DNA of 27,716 nt from a candidate division FCPU426 bacterium (GCA_963847625.1 CAWKAR010000056.1:1-27716), one strand, 5' to 3'; numbered from the stretch's first letter, positions 9,961 through 18,567 are shown. Numbers and translations: made by a program. Notes: a model not told the origin generated them from the letters alone.

Positions 9961-12198
9961 TCACTCCGCTATCGCGAATTCACTTTTGAGACGTATGTCC
10001 TCTGAGGATGCGCCGACCAGGATTTGAATCCGGCCCGGCTCGATTTTCCAAGAACCCTGCGCCGGATCGAGCGGACTGCTTTCCTTTTCGTCCCAATAGG
10101 CAAGATCCGACGCTTTGATGGAGAATTGGATCTTCTCGGTCTTCCCAGGCTCAAGGGAAACCCTTTGGAATCCTTTTAATTCCTTGAGCGGTCTTTCCAC
10201 CTTGGAATCCAAGTGTTTCAAATAAAGCTGAACCACTTCATCGCCTGGTCTGGTACCGCTATTGGTTAAATCCAAACTGATATTGATCTTTCCGTTCACC
10301 TTCATAGATGGGGCGCTTACCTTCAAGTTCGAGTAATTGAAACTCGTGTAGCTTAACCCGAAGCCGAAAGGAAAGAGCGGTTTACCCTTGAAATACAGGT
10401 AGGTACGGCCATGCCGGATGTCGTAATCCATCATGGGCGGAAGTTGGTCCATGGAGCGGGGCCAAGTTTCCACCAACCGTCCCCCCGGATTGATATCGCC
10501 GAAAAGGGCTTCAGCGAGGGCGGTGCCGTTTTCCTGGCTACTATGGGTTAGGTGGAGGATCGCCGGTATATGATCCGTAATCCAGGTCATAGTAAAGGGG
10601 AAACTACTGATGAGCGCCACAACAGTATGGGGGTTGGCCGACAAAACTCTCTTGATCAGATCCTCCTGCCGGAGCTCCATGGATTCCCGGTCCAGGGCTT
10701 CCTTTCCCTCTGCCGTTGAATCGCGCTTGCCAAATCCCCCGTTGCCCAGGGGGTTGTTCCCGGCGCAGACAATTGCCACATCGCAGGAACGCGCTAATTT
10801 TTCGACCGCACCGCCCCGGTTATCCCGGGCGAATTTAACCTGGACGTCGTCTCTCAGGCGTTTTTGAATACCCTCCAATGGTGAGACCCGGTAAGGAGCG
10901 TCCCCGCTGTACCAGTCCGCTAACACCATGTCCGCATAGGGACCGATCACGGCCACGGAACGAATTTTTCCCGGATCAAGGGGAAGGATTGCTCCCTTAT
11001 TCTTCAATAAAACGACCGACTCCCGTGCAGCCCTTAAGGCCAGCGCCTTGTGTTCCCCGCTTTCCCAGGGAAATTCCTTGCCCACCTTGCGGTAAGACAC
11101 CAAGCCGGATGGATCCATCATCCCCAGACGAATCATCACCCGAAAAACTCCGCGGAGTGATTCGTCCATTTGGGCGTCGGTCAAGAAACCCTGGTGCAGA
11201 GCGGCCCGAACCGGCTTTTCAAAGCGGTCCAAAAATTGGTTGATTCCCGCCTTGACGCATTCGGCGGCGGCTTCCTCCAGCTTCGAGTAGCGTTTATGCT
11301 CGTTTACTAAATTCGCCATCGCACCCCCGTCCGTGCAGAGGATGCCGTCGTGCCCCCAGTCCTGGATGGCCACATTCTTGAGAAACGGGTTCACCGCGCA
11401 GGGAACCCCGTTGACCGCGTTGTAGGCCGCCATTATGCCTTGGGCCTTGCCTTCCTGGATGGCCATGCGGAACGGCGCGGAATAATATTCCCGGAAAAGT
11501 CTCGCGTCGTAGTTGGAAGAACTTCGCACCCGATCATTCTCATTGCTGTTGGAGAGAAAATGCTTCAAAAGCGAGGCGCATTGGAGATAGTGCGGATCGT
11601 CCCCCTGTAATCCCCGGGTCATAGCCGTTGCCATGGTTCCGTTGAAAAAAGGATCCTCCCCGAAGCATTCCTCGGTACGACCCCAGCGGGGATCACGACC
11701 CAAATCTGCATTGGGCGCCCTCACTACCAAACCACCCCGGTGGTACTTGGGGCTTTCCCAAAGAAATCGGATCTCCCGACCCTCGGCCTTGCCCACCTGC
11801 CGCACCAGTTCGGGATCCCAGGTCTCCCCCAAGCCGATGGCCTGGGGAAACTGCGTCGTCGGAACCGGGTCCCCTCCACCCCAATTCCCGACCTCGCCCA
11901 TGGCAAGTCCGTGCAGGCCCTCCACGTGGCCTGTTCCCTCGACTCCCAGACGAGGGACGTCGGAAACCGTACTCAGACAACGGATTTTTTCCTCCCGGGA
12001 CATCAAGGAAAGGAGGTTGGTGACCCTTTCCTCAATTCCCAAATTGGGGTTCTGGAACGGATATTGGTAGGTCTTTTTTTTCGCGCCCATGATGAGGATC
12101 AGGCAAATGCCCAGGACAATACAAGCGGAACAGAGAAAAAACAGGTTCGTTTTCGCCTGGGAGTGAACAACCAGAGGATCATTCGAGTACCTAACCAT
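9961..12198 (-). CDS. Glycoside hydrolase family 3 (beta-glucosidase/beta-xylosidase) with C-terminal Fn3-like domain
   Basis: 745 aa. Contains EGLHGL, TQFPQAIGLGETWD, RDPRWGRTEECFGEDP, KHF, nucleophile motif ILCTDGG, RESVVLLKN, FPFGFGLSYT and GDEVVQLY..RPLKELKGFQRV. It has an N-terminal hydrophobic segment. Confidence 0.95.
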   Translation of the reverse strand: MVRYSNDPLVVHSQAKTNLFFLCSACIVLGICLILIMGAKKKTYQYPFQNPNLGIEERVTNLLSLMSREEKIRCLSTVSDVPRLGVEGTGHVEGLHGLAMGEVGNWGGGDPVPTTQFPQAIGLGETWDPELVRQVGKAEGREIRFLWESPKYHRGGLVVRAPNADLGRDPRWGRTEECFGEDPFFNGTMATAMTRGLQGDDPHYLQCASLLKHFLSNSNENDRVRSSSNYDARLFREYYSAPFRMAIQEGKAQGIMAAYNAVNGVPCAVNPFLKNVAIQDWGHDGILCTDGGAMANLVNEHKRYSKLEEAAAECVKAGINQFLDRFEKPVRAALHQGFLTDAQMDESLRGVFRVMIRLGMMDPSGLVSYRKVGKEFPWESGEHKALALRAARESVVLLKNKGAILPLDPGKIRSVAVIGPYADMVLADWYSGDAPYRVSPLEGIQKRLRDDVQVKFARDNRGGAVEKLARSCDVAIVCAGNNPLGNGGFGKRDSTAEGKEALDRESMELRQEDLIKRVLSANPHTVVALISSFPFTMTWITDHIPAILHLTHSSQENGTALAEALFGDINPGGRLVETWPRSMDQLPPMMDYDIRHGRTYLYFKGKPLFPFGFGLSYTSFNYSNLKVSAPSMKVNGKINISLDLTNSGTRPGDEVVQLYLKHLDSKVERPLKELKGFQRVSLEPGKTEKIQFSIKASDLAYWDEKESSPLDPAQGSWKIEPGRIQILVGASSEDIRLKSEFAIAE

Positions 12199-12341
12199 GT
12201 AATATGACTTTCAACTCATCCTATAATGCCACTGGATGGTTAAACACCATTGAGTTTAAAACCATGTCTATTATTGGTTTTTTGTAGAATTTTGTTAAGC
12301 AGAATCAACAAAAATGTGCAGACTTTTCGATTCAACTCCGG

Positions 12342-12758
12342 TCAATTGGAAGAACGATTCATAGTCAATAACCCGAGGATGTTTCTTTGCCGTAGACTTT
12401 CAATCCGTTTTCCGCAAAGAAGGGCCAAATCCGTACGGCTGGAACGGGTATAGATGTAATCCAAGTTACGGTAAAACTCCGGATATCTTCCCTGGGAGAG
12501 ACGGATTGCCTCCAGGCACAGCGCCTCCGCCACATCGCTCCGGTTGTTCAAAAGGCAGAAAAGGGCCAGGGAATAAAGTCCTTGGGGATAGACAGGTGGA
12601 GTGATAAAACCCTTCCAAAAACAATCCCAAATTGCGTATAAACAAAAAAACCATGAAGGTAAATTTATAGGATAAGGCTTGAGAAGCGAACCTTTTCTCC
12701 GATTTAAGTGACAGAATTGAATAACGGACGAAATCTGAAAATCCTTGGCGAAAATACC
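12342..12758 (-). pseudogene. Possible degenerate gene fragment with a TPR-like helix pair
   Basis: One frame is open from 12758 to 12342 without a convincing start. It encodes PVYPQGLYSLALFCLLNNRSDVAEALCLEAIRLSQGRYPEFYRNLDYIY, which has TPR-like spacing. An overlapping ATG ORF (12466-12762) lies in another frame. Confidence 0.3.
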
Positions 12759-12817
12759 TCATCCAAAGGCAAATCTTTCATTTGATCTTGCGAGAAAATC
12801 CAAAAGTGCGGATCCGG

Positions 12818-14098
12818 TTATTTCCTGTCTCGGATAGGGATATAGGAACGCTTCTTCTCTCCCTGGTAGATCTGACGGGGACGCGCCAGGCGGGTATCTT
12901 TGGAATGCCTCATTTCGCGCCAATGAGCAAGCCACCCGGGCACACGCCCGATGGCGAAGAGAACCGTGAACATGTTGACGGGGAAACCCGCGGCCCTCAG
13001 GATCAGCCCGGAATAAAAGTCCACGTTGGGATAAAGCTTGCGGCTCAGGAAGTAGTCGTCCTTCATGACGATTTCCTCGAGCTTGAGGGCAATGTCGAAG
13101 GCTGGATCGCACAAACCCGGCTTTTTCAGCAGCGTGTGACACAGTTCCTTGATGATCCTGGCGCGCGGGTCGAAGTTCTTGTAGACTCGGTGGCCGAAAC
13201 CCATCAAACGGTCCTTGTTGTTTTTAATGTCCTCGACGAAAGCGGCCGGGGATTTTTTGGTGTCATGGAGGTGTTCCAACATCTCGATGACCTCCTGGTT
13301 GGCCCCGCCATGCAGTTTTCCCCACAGCGCGCAGACACCGGCCCCGATGACCGAGTAGATGTTGGCGAGGCTGGAACCCGCCATGCGCACGGTCGAAGTG
13401 CTGCAATTCTGCTCATGGTCGGCGCTTAGCAGGAAGAACATGTCTAGGGCTTTCACTATGTCCCGGTCGAGTGTGTAGTCTTCCACCGGCGAGGAAAACA
13501 TCATGGTGAGGAAGTTCTCCACAAACTTCAGCTTGTTGGAGGGATACACTACAGGTTCGCCGATGGATTTTTTGTAGGAGAAGGCCGCAATGGTGCGGAT
13601 CTGTGAGATCAAGTTGGCAAAAATGATGCCCTCGGACTTCGGGTCGAGGTCGTCCTTAACCGGATAGAATGCCGAAAGGGACGCCACCACGCTTGTGAGA
13701 ATAGCCATGGGGTGGGCGTCCTTAGGATAACCCGTGAAGAAGTGCAGCATGTCCTCGTGGATGAGGGAAGACTTGTTCAGACGTTCGGAAAAGTCGTGAA
13801 GCTGGTCCTTGTTGGGCAGTTCCCCGTACATGAGGAGGTAAGCCGTCTCGGTAAAGAACGATTTGGTGGCGAGCTCCTCGATGGGGATGCCGCGGTAGCG
13901 CAGGATGCCCTTATCGCCGTCGATGAAGGTGACGCTGCTTTCGCAGGACCCCGTGTTGTTGTAGCCGTCGTCCAGGGTGATGTAACCCGTTTCAGCTCGC
14001 AAGGAGGAGATATCAATGGCCTTCTCGCCTTCCGCGCCGACGATGATGGGAAATTCATAGGTTTTTCCGTCGAGGATGATCTTAGCTTTTTCGGGCAT
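12818..14098 (-). CDS. gltA: Citrate synthase
   Basis: 426 aa. Contains GILRYRGIPIEELA, AHPMA, DHEQNCST, LHGGANQEV, LMGFGHRVYKNFDPRA, YPNVDFYSG and RPRQIY. RBS GGAGG lies upstream. Confidence 0.97.
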   Translation of the reverse strand: MPEKAKIILDGKTYEFPIIVGAEGEKAIDISSLRAETGYITLDDGYNNTGSCESSVTFIDGDKGILRYRGIPIEELATKSFFTETAYLLMYGELPNKDQLHDFSERLNKSSLIHEDMLHFFTGYPKDAHPMAILTSVVASLSAFYPVKDDLDPKSEGIIFANLISQIRTIAAFSYKKSIGEPVVYPSNKLKFVENFLTMMFSSPVEDYTLDRDIVKALDMFFLLSADHEQNCSTSTVRMAGSSLANIYSVIGAGVCALWGKLHGGANQEVIEMLEHLHDTKKSPAAFVEDIKNNKDRLMGFGHRVYKNFDPRARIIKELCHTLLKKPGLCDPAFDIALKLEEIVMKDDYFLSRKLYPNVDFYSGLILRAAGFPVNMFTVLFAIGRVPGWLAHWREMRHSKDTRLARPRQIYQGEKKRSYIPIRDRK

Positions 14099-14388
14099 AA
14101 CACACCTCCATAGATTGGCTCAACCGGATTATAGCGTTTGTTCCGGGCGTTAGCGCTCCAAATAAAGTCGGTCATAAATTGAAGAAGCCCTTCAAAACCC
14201 ACCTTAAAATCATGGAACAAGCAGGGAAAGTTTAAACCACTTGGAATTCGATTTCAGCTGGTTAAAAAAACGTATGACCCGTTCGAATAGCTGGTTTCCA
14301 ATAGGAGCTTGAGCAAAAGGGAAAAGTTTTATCCCCGCCGCTTTCCTTCGGGTATAGAGAATGGGCTTTTAGGGGATTTTAGGGTTTT

Positions 14389-15780
14389 TTAAGGCGTTTT
14401 GGCGCAGCGACATCCAACGTTATACAAAAGAAGATTGTCTGGTTTTGCGTGTGTACGACTTGTTACGCGCAGGTCCTCCCAAGAACTGCCCCAGGCCGCC
14501 CCCCGCAGGACTTTTTCTTCACCACTGGCAGGGCCCTGAGGATCCGTCTGGGGTTCAGGAGAATAATCATTTTCCCTATACCAATCCGAACACCATTCCA
14601 AAACGTTCCCCACCATGTCGTAAAGAACGTAGGGATTGGGTTTCTTTACCCCAACCGGATGGATAGCGTTCCCGGAATTGGCGTTAAACCACGCGTACAA
14701 CAGACCCAAGTTCGGGTCATGGCCCCAAAAATATTCGTCATCCATACCGCCACGGGCAGCCATTTCCCATTCCGCTTCCGTTGGCAGCCGCCCCGTTCCG
14801 TCGGGGCCTTTGGCCCATTTGCAGTAAGCAGACGCGTCATTCCAGGTAATCTGGACCATTGGGTTGTTCCAGGCATTGGATCCGCCGTAGTTACCGGGAG
14901 CCCGTCGGAGATTCGGGTCTTTCGCTTTTTCCACCGCGGTCACGTACCCCGTAGCCCTCTCAAACTTCGCGAATGCCTCCTCTGTCACCGGGTAGCGGTC
15001 CAGGAAGTAATCTCCTAGAAACACTTTATGGCGCGGATGCTCATCCGGATTGCCTTTCCCTTCGGGAGAACCCATCCAAAACCATCCTTTGGGAATATGG
15101 ACCATTTCCCTCGCGTCTGGCCCTAACCAAACGGGCAACTTTGTTGCCGTCTCTTTCCCGCTTGCACCCAAATGAAGCCACCACCAAATTAAATTCGCAC
15201 CCAACCCCAACAGGAAAGCCGCGCAAAGCCAAAAAGCAATGGCTAATTTTCTCCGATTCTTCCTCTCGCGTAATTCTGCCAACCATTTGGCTAAATCCCG
15301 GAAACCCCAGGGTATTTTCCGGATTTTCTTGTAATGGAGCCGAACGGTGTTGACCATGTTAGAGCCGACGACAGCAAGGGTCAGCATTTCCCTCTTATCC
15401 GCGTCGAGAACCCGGCCCTCCCCCCGCAGGGGAATCAGCACTGTTTTCCCAATCCATTTTTTCCTGAACCTTTTGAGTTTGGCTTCAGTCAAATAATTTG
15501 TCCCCTGATTTCCCTTGAAGAAACCGTTTGCGGGGTTCTCCCACTCCGAGGCCATTTGCTCGGCCACCGGGACTTTTGGAATTCCGTTGGCAAAATCTTT
15601 CAGGAGCACCTGGAATTTGCTACTGCTCGTGTCCAATCCGTCGGCCTGTTCGATCCAAACCGACCACGCAACATCATTTAAATCGGTTTTAACTGCGAAG
15701 GGGCTTACCTCCAGGCCGTGTTTTTCAAAATGCTGGAGGATCGCCGAAATGATCTCTTCTTTTTCTTTCTCAAAAGCCAT
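14389..15780 (-). CDS. Membrane-anchored formylglycine-generating-enzyme (FGE-sulfatase/SUMF1) domain protein with unknown N-terminal domain
   Basis: The C-terminal half has IPKGWFWMGS, DEHPRHKV, YPVT, PMVQITWNDASAYCKW, RLPTEAEWEMAARGG, HPVGVKKPN, LYDMVGNVLEWCSDWY and VLRGAAW..GCRC. A single TM helix follows a basic patch near residue 175-200. Confidence 0.85.
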   Translation of the reverse strand: MAFEKEKEEIISAILQHFEKHGLEVSPFAVKTDLNDVAWSVWIEQADGLDTSSSKFQVLLKDFANGIPKVPVAEQMASEWENPANGFFKGNQGTNYLTEAKLKRFRKKWIGKTVLIPLRGEGRVLDADKREMLTLAVVGSNMVNTVRLHYKKIRKIPWGFRDLAKWLAELRERKNRRKLAIAFWLCAAFLLGLGANLIWWWLHLGASGKETATKLPVWLGPDAREMVHIPKGWFWMGSPEGKGNPDEHPRHKVFLGDYFLDRYPVTEEAFAKFERATGYVTAVEKAKDPNLRRAPGNYGGSNAWNNPMVQITWNDASAYCKWAKGPDGTGRLPTEAEWEMAARGGMDDEYFWGHDPNLGLLYAWFNANSGNAIHPVGVKKPNPYVLYDMVGNVLEWCSDWYRENDYSPEPQTDPQGPASGEEKVLRGAAWGSSWEDLRVTSRTHAKPDNLLLYNVGCRCAKTP

Positions 15781-15824
15781 GAACTAATCCTTTAACCATA
15801 TTATTTATTCAAATCCGAAAATTT

Positions 15825-15871
15825 TGGTGGGGCGTGTAGGATTCGAACCTACGACCAAGGCATTATGAGTG
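15825..15871 (-). tRNA. 3' half of a tRNA with CAT anticodon (Ile2 or Met); att-site duplicate, not a complete tRNA
   Basis: The minus strand reads CA-CTCATAA-TGCCT-TGGTC-GTAGG-TTCGAAT-CCTAC-ACGCCCC-A-CCA, i.e. anticodon loop, variable loop, perfect T-arm, acceptor 3' strand and CCA. The 5' anticodon stem is mismatched, and no D-arm or GGGGCGT acceptor 5' strand is present upstream. Confidence 0.85.
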
Positions 15872-15910
15872 TCACGCTCAGGAGCCTCGAAAATCGCCCG
15901 TGTCATTCGC

Positions 15911-15933
15911 AAACCCTTTCACCGAAAGGGTTT
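15911..15933 (-). terminator. Perfect 10-bp hairpin directly after the integrase stop (probable terminator)
   Basis: aaaccctttc-acc-gaaagggttt, 4 nt downstream of the int stop codon. The U-tract is short. Confidence 0.55.
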
Positions 15934-15937
15934 CACT

Positions 15938-17047
15938 TCATGCAGTGACCTGCTCTACCTTCCTCATATCGGCTTTTGTCATATACGTGTCATTCAATTC
16001 CTTGGCTTTTTGAAGGGCCGCCAATCGGTCCCCCCGATCCACTCGGTCGTACTTACGGAACACCGAATGGGTCTTATGGCCCGAAATCGACATGATGACC
16101 GAATCGCCGACTCCCGCCTTCCTCAAGTTCGTGACGGCGCAATGCCTGAGATCATGGAATCTGAAATCCTCAATCCTGGCCTTACGGCACGCCTTCTTGA
16201 AGGCGGTCTTGATGCTTCCCATGCTTTGACCTTTCCAGGTAAAAACATAGGTATGGCCCAAGGTTCGGGGTATCCCCTTCAGGAGGTCGATTAATTCCTC
16301 CGTCAAAGGCACTTCCCTTTTCTCCTGGGTCTTGGTGTCCTCGGCTTCAAGCAGGATAACCGCGTTCTTGAAGTCGATTTGTTCCCACCGCAACCCCAGA
16401 ATTTCCCCGCATCTCATAGCCGTTTGGTAAGCCAGCTTCACGATAGGCTTGAGATGCTCCGAGCAGTTTTCCAGGAGCCTTTGGTACTCCTCCGGCTCCA
16501 ACGTCCGGTTCCGGGAAGAGGGCTTGAACTTCTTCACCCCCGCTATCGGGTCCCGGTCGATCATCCGGTTCAAAACCGCCCTGTGAACCAGGGTCTTCAA
16601 AATGGCTATATCCAGGTTCAGGGTCGCATCCGCCACCGGCTTGTCGGGCCGGTTTAACTGGCCCCTCTTTCTCCGGTGGACCAGGAAGGCTTCCACTAAA
16701 TCCGGGCTTAGGCTTTCCAGGGAACGGTCCCCGAAAAACTCCTTAAACAACCTCACCCGGTAGAAATCCCTGATGTAGCTTTTCTTCCTGGCCTTGGAAT
16801 AGGCCAGGAAGGCGTCCGCAGCCTCGAAGAAAGCCGCCTTGGCCTTGACCGGCTCCAAGAACTTCTTTCCCACGATGTCCTGCATGTGCTGGGCTAGAAC
16901 CTTCTTGGCTTGCGCCAATGGGATCTGTCCCAACCGGACCCTTACCCTCTTTCTTATTCCCCCATCCTGGACAAAGTAGTCCAGGAAGTATCCCCCTTCA
17001 TCCTTTCTCAGGTGTTGGGGCAATCCATGAACATTAGGCTTACTCAT
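15938..17047 (-). CDS. int: Tyrosine recombinase/site-specific integrase
   Basis: 369 aa with the complete catalytic set: R (TAMRCGEI), K (DTKT), HxxR (FHDLRH), H (SGHKT) and Y (FRKYDR). The N-terminus resembles an arm-binding region followed by a core-binding region. Confidence 0.96.
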   Translation of the reverse strand: MSKPNVHGLPQHLRKDEGGYFLDYFVQDGGIRKRVRVRLGQIPLAQAKKVLAQHMQDIVGKKFLEPVKAKAAFFEAADAFLAYSKARKKSYIRDFYRVRLFKEFFGDRSLESLSPDLVEAFLVHRRKRGQLNRPDKPVADATLNLDIAILKTLVHRAVLNRMIDRDPIAGVKKFKPSSRNRTLEPEEYQRLLENCSEHLKPIVKLAYQTAMRCGEILGLRWEQIDFKNAVILLEAEDTKTQEKREVPLTEELIDLLKGIPRTLGHTYVFTWKGQSMGSIKTAFKKACRKARIEDFRFHDLRHCAVTNLRKAGVGDSVIMSISGHKTHSVFRKYDRVDRGDRLAALQKAKELNDTYMTKADMRKVEQVTA

Positions 17048-17301
17048 AACATCCTCCTAATGTCCCCAGTACTAGGCATTTTATCAGCACCGCCCTCCCA
17101 AAAGGAAAGAGGTTTTTGGAAAACCTTCTGGAAACTCGAATACCACAACCTGGGATGTCGTCCCACCTTAATAAAGGGTAGAAGCCCAATCTGTCTCCAA
17201 AATCGGACGGTGTTGATCGACACCCCGGCCAGCTCGGCCACTTGGCCGTCCGACATGAGATAGTCCTGGTCCCTTCGGTCAGATTTCCTGCGATCATCCA
17301 T
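17044..17301 (-). CDS. Excisionase/recombination directionality factor (MerR-like HTH_17)
   Basis: ATG at 17301 follows AAGGAGG. The 85-aa product contains YLMSDGQVAELAGVSINTVRFWRQIGLLPFIKVGRHPRL. Its stop overlaps the int start (ATGA). The ORF-track start at 17427 is probably too long. Confidence 0.85.
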   Translation of the reverse strand: MDDRRKSDRRDQDYLMSDGQVAELAGVSINTVRFWRQIGLLPFIKVGRHPRLWYSSFQKVFQKPLSFWEGGADKMPSTGDIRRML

Positions 17302-17668
17302 TGCTTGCCTCCTTGCAGAAAAAACGGAAAAATACCGGACCCACAAAGGGGGTCCTTCCTTCGGGGAAAGGTGTGGAAAACCCCGCGTCCAAAACCTGTC
17401 CAAGGGACAGGTCGGGGGGTTTTCCACGGTGTTGTCTTTCGCCTTTCGTCTTTACTTCTTCTTCATACTTCACGCCCACGCCCACGATTATTCGGCTGTC
17501 TAAGAAGCCAGCCCCCACTCCCGATTTCCTGCTATCTGATCTTGATACAGGGGGAGTGGGGGCTGGCGTCGCAGAACAGCCGAAACTCAACATTTCGCGG
17601 GCGTTTCCGCATTTTTCGCTTTGACTCTGATTCAACCTCTGAGTCAAGTTTTTAGGATCATGGTTCAT
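17294..17668 (-). CDS. Hypothetical 124-aa ORF spanning the structured region (may be non-coding)
   Basis: Its start overlaps the relaxase stop (ATGA) and its stop overlaps the xis start. There is no recognisable motif, and the DNA is dominated by inverted repeats. Confidence 0.3.
   Translation of the reverse strand: MNHDPKNLTQRLNQSQSEKCGNAREMLSFGCSATPAPTPPVSRSDSRKSGVGAGFLDSRIIVGVGVKYEEEVKTKGERQHRGKPPDLSLGQVLDAGFSTPFPEGRTPFVGPVFFRFFCKEASNG
17337..17647. other. Hairpin-dense candidate origin (oriT/dso/sso-like)
   Basis: Inverted repeats at 17337-42/17350-55; 17373-84/17416-27 enclosing 17394-401/17405-12; 17491-99/17576-84 enclosing a perfect 16-bp pair 17507-22/17552-67; and 17621-27/17641-47. 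TCTGATCTTGATACA (17535-17549) lies at the apex of the largest stem. Confidence 0.65.
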
Positions 17669-18567
17669 GCTGTCACCTTTGCGGCTTGGTTCCCTGCCAG
17701 ATCATTAACCGGGGCCGACTTGAGGATGGGGTCCTTCACGAAAGGAAGGTACTCACCGTCTAAGCGGACCCACGGCACCCGGACAAAAGGTAGGTGGGCA
17801 ACCTTCTCGAAAAAGGAAAAGGCCCAGAGCTCCCGGCTTCGGGGATCTCCCTTTAGGAAGGTTTCCAAGCCGTTGGCCATCCGGACGGCATGGGCCTTGT
17901 CCCGGCTGACTACCAGCCGGAAGGCCTTGGGGAAGTCCCTGGTCAGGTTCAGGACCATGGCGGCCATCTTGTCCCGGTTGTAGGCCGTATGCTCGTACTC
18001 AAGGACAAAACCATAGGCCCGGTCCTCTAAGTTGCCCTCAAAGTACCCGTCCGGGGTCCGTTGGTGCACCCGGTGGAGCTTGGCCCCCGCCAAGTCCCAC
18101 GCCCGGCCCTCGTCTAAGGCCCTCTTCCAATCCATCCTCAGGCCGCAACGCATCTCGTAGTCCGAAAGCCAGGTGAGGCCCAAAAGGTTCCCGGCCTCCT
18201 CAACCTGGATGCGTATGGCCAATACCCGCTTGTCATGCTCCCTCTCAAAGAGATTGATATGGGGGGAGCGGACTTCAGGGGAAATAAGGATTCGGCCTAT
18301 CCCGGCCAGGTGCCTCAAAGCCGGACGGGTTAGGCAGTAAAAGCCGTCCTCGTTGGGAAGGTTTCGGCTCTTGAGGAGCAGGCCCTTTTCCATCAAACGC
18401 TTCAGGTGAAGGCAAGCCGTCCAGAAGGTCTGGTGGGGGTGGAACTTCTGGTGGAAAAGCCTGGTGGTGATGAACTTGTTGGAATGGATATAAGCCAGGA
18501 TTTTCACGTCCCTGGGTTCCAAGGCCGGAATGGGCTCGGACTTGAGGGAATTTGCCTCAGGCCGCAT
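17665..18567 (-). CDS. Replication-relaxation (Replic_Relax/MOB_C-like) relaxase: wHTH plus PD-(D/E)XK-type nuclease
   Basis: N-terminal wHTH pattern LEPRDVKILAYI..FITT..LKRLMEKGLL..FYCLT, then EHD, then RTPDGYF...FVLEYEHT (D..ExE). It overlaps the end of the coupling-protein gene. Confidence 0.75.
   Translation of the reverse strand: MRPEANSLKSEPIPALEPRDVKILAYIHSNKFITTRLFHQKFHPHQTFWTACLHLKRLMEKGLLLKSRNLPNEDGFYCLTRPALRHLAGIGRILISPEVRSPHINLFEREHDKRVLAIRIQVEEAGNLLGLTWLSDYEMRCGLRMDWKRALDEGRAWDLAGAKLHRVHQRTPDGYFEGNLEDRAYGFVLEYEHTAYNRDKMAAMVLNLTRDFPKAFRLVVSRDKAHAVRMANGLETFLKGDPRSRELWAFSFFEKVAHLPFVRVPWVRLDGEYLPFVKDPILKSAPVNDLAGNQAAKVTA

Noticed and set aside
12782..14113. Plus-strand ORFs 12782-13429 and 13712-14113, and similar short ORFs overlapping GH127, GH3, T4CP, mod and res
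   Set aside because: They lie within or almost entirely within well-supported genes on another frame or strand and have no motifs of their own.
14389..14510. DGR variable region in the FGE-domain gene
   Set aside because: No template repeat or reverse transcriptase is seen in the window, and the codons show no clear AAY-derived pattern.
15825..15900. Complete tRNA gene
   Set aside because: D-arm and 5' acceptor strand are absent and the anticodon stem is mismatched. Only the 3' 47 bp is tRNA-like.
15869..16294. 141-aa plus-strand ORF
   Set aside because: Antisense shadow of the integrase catalytic domain.
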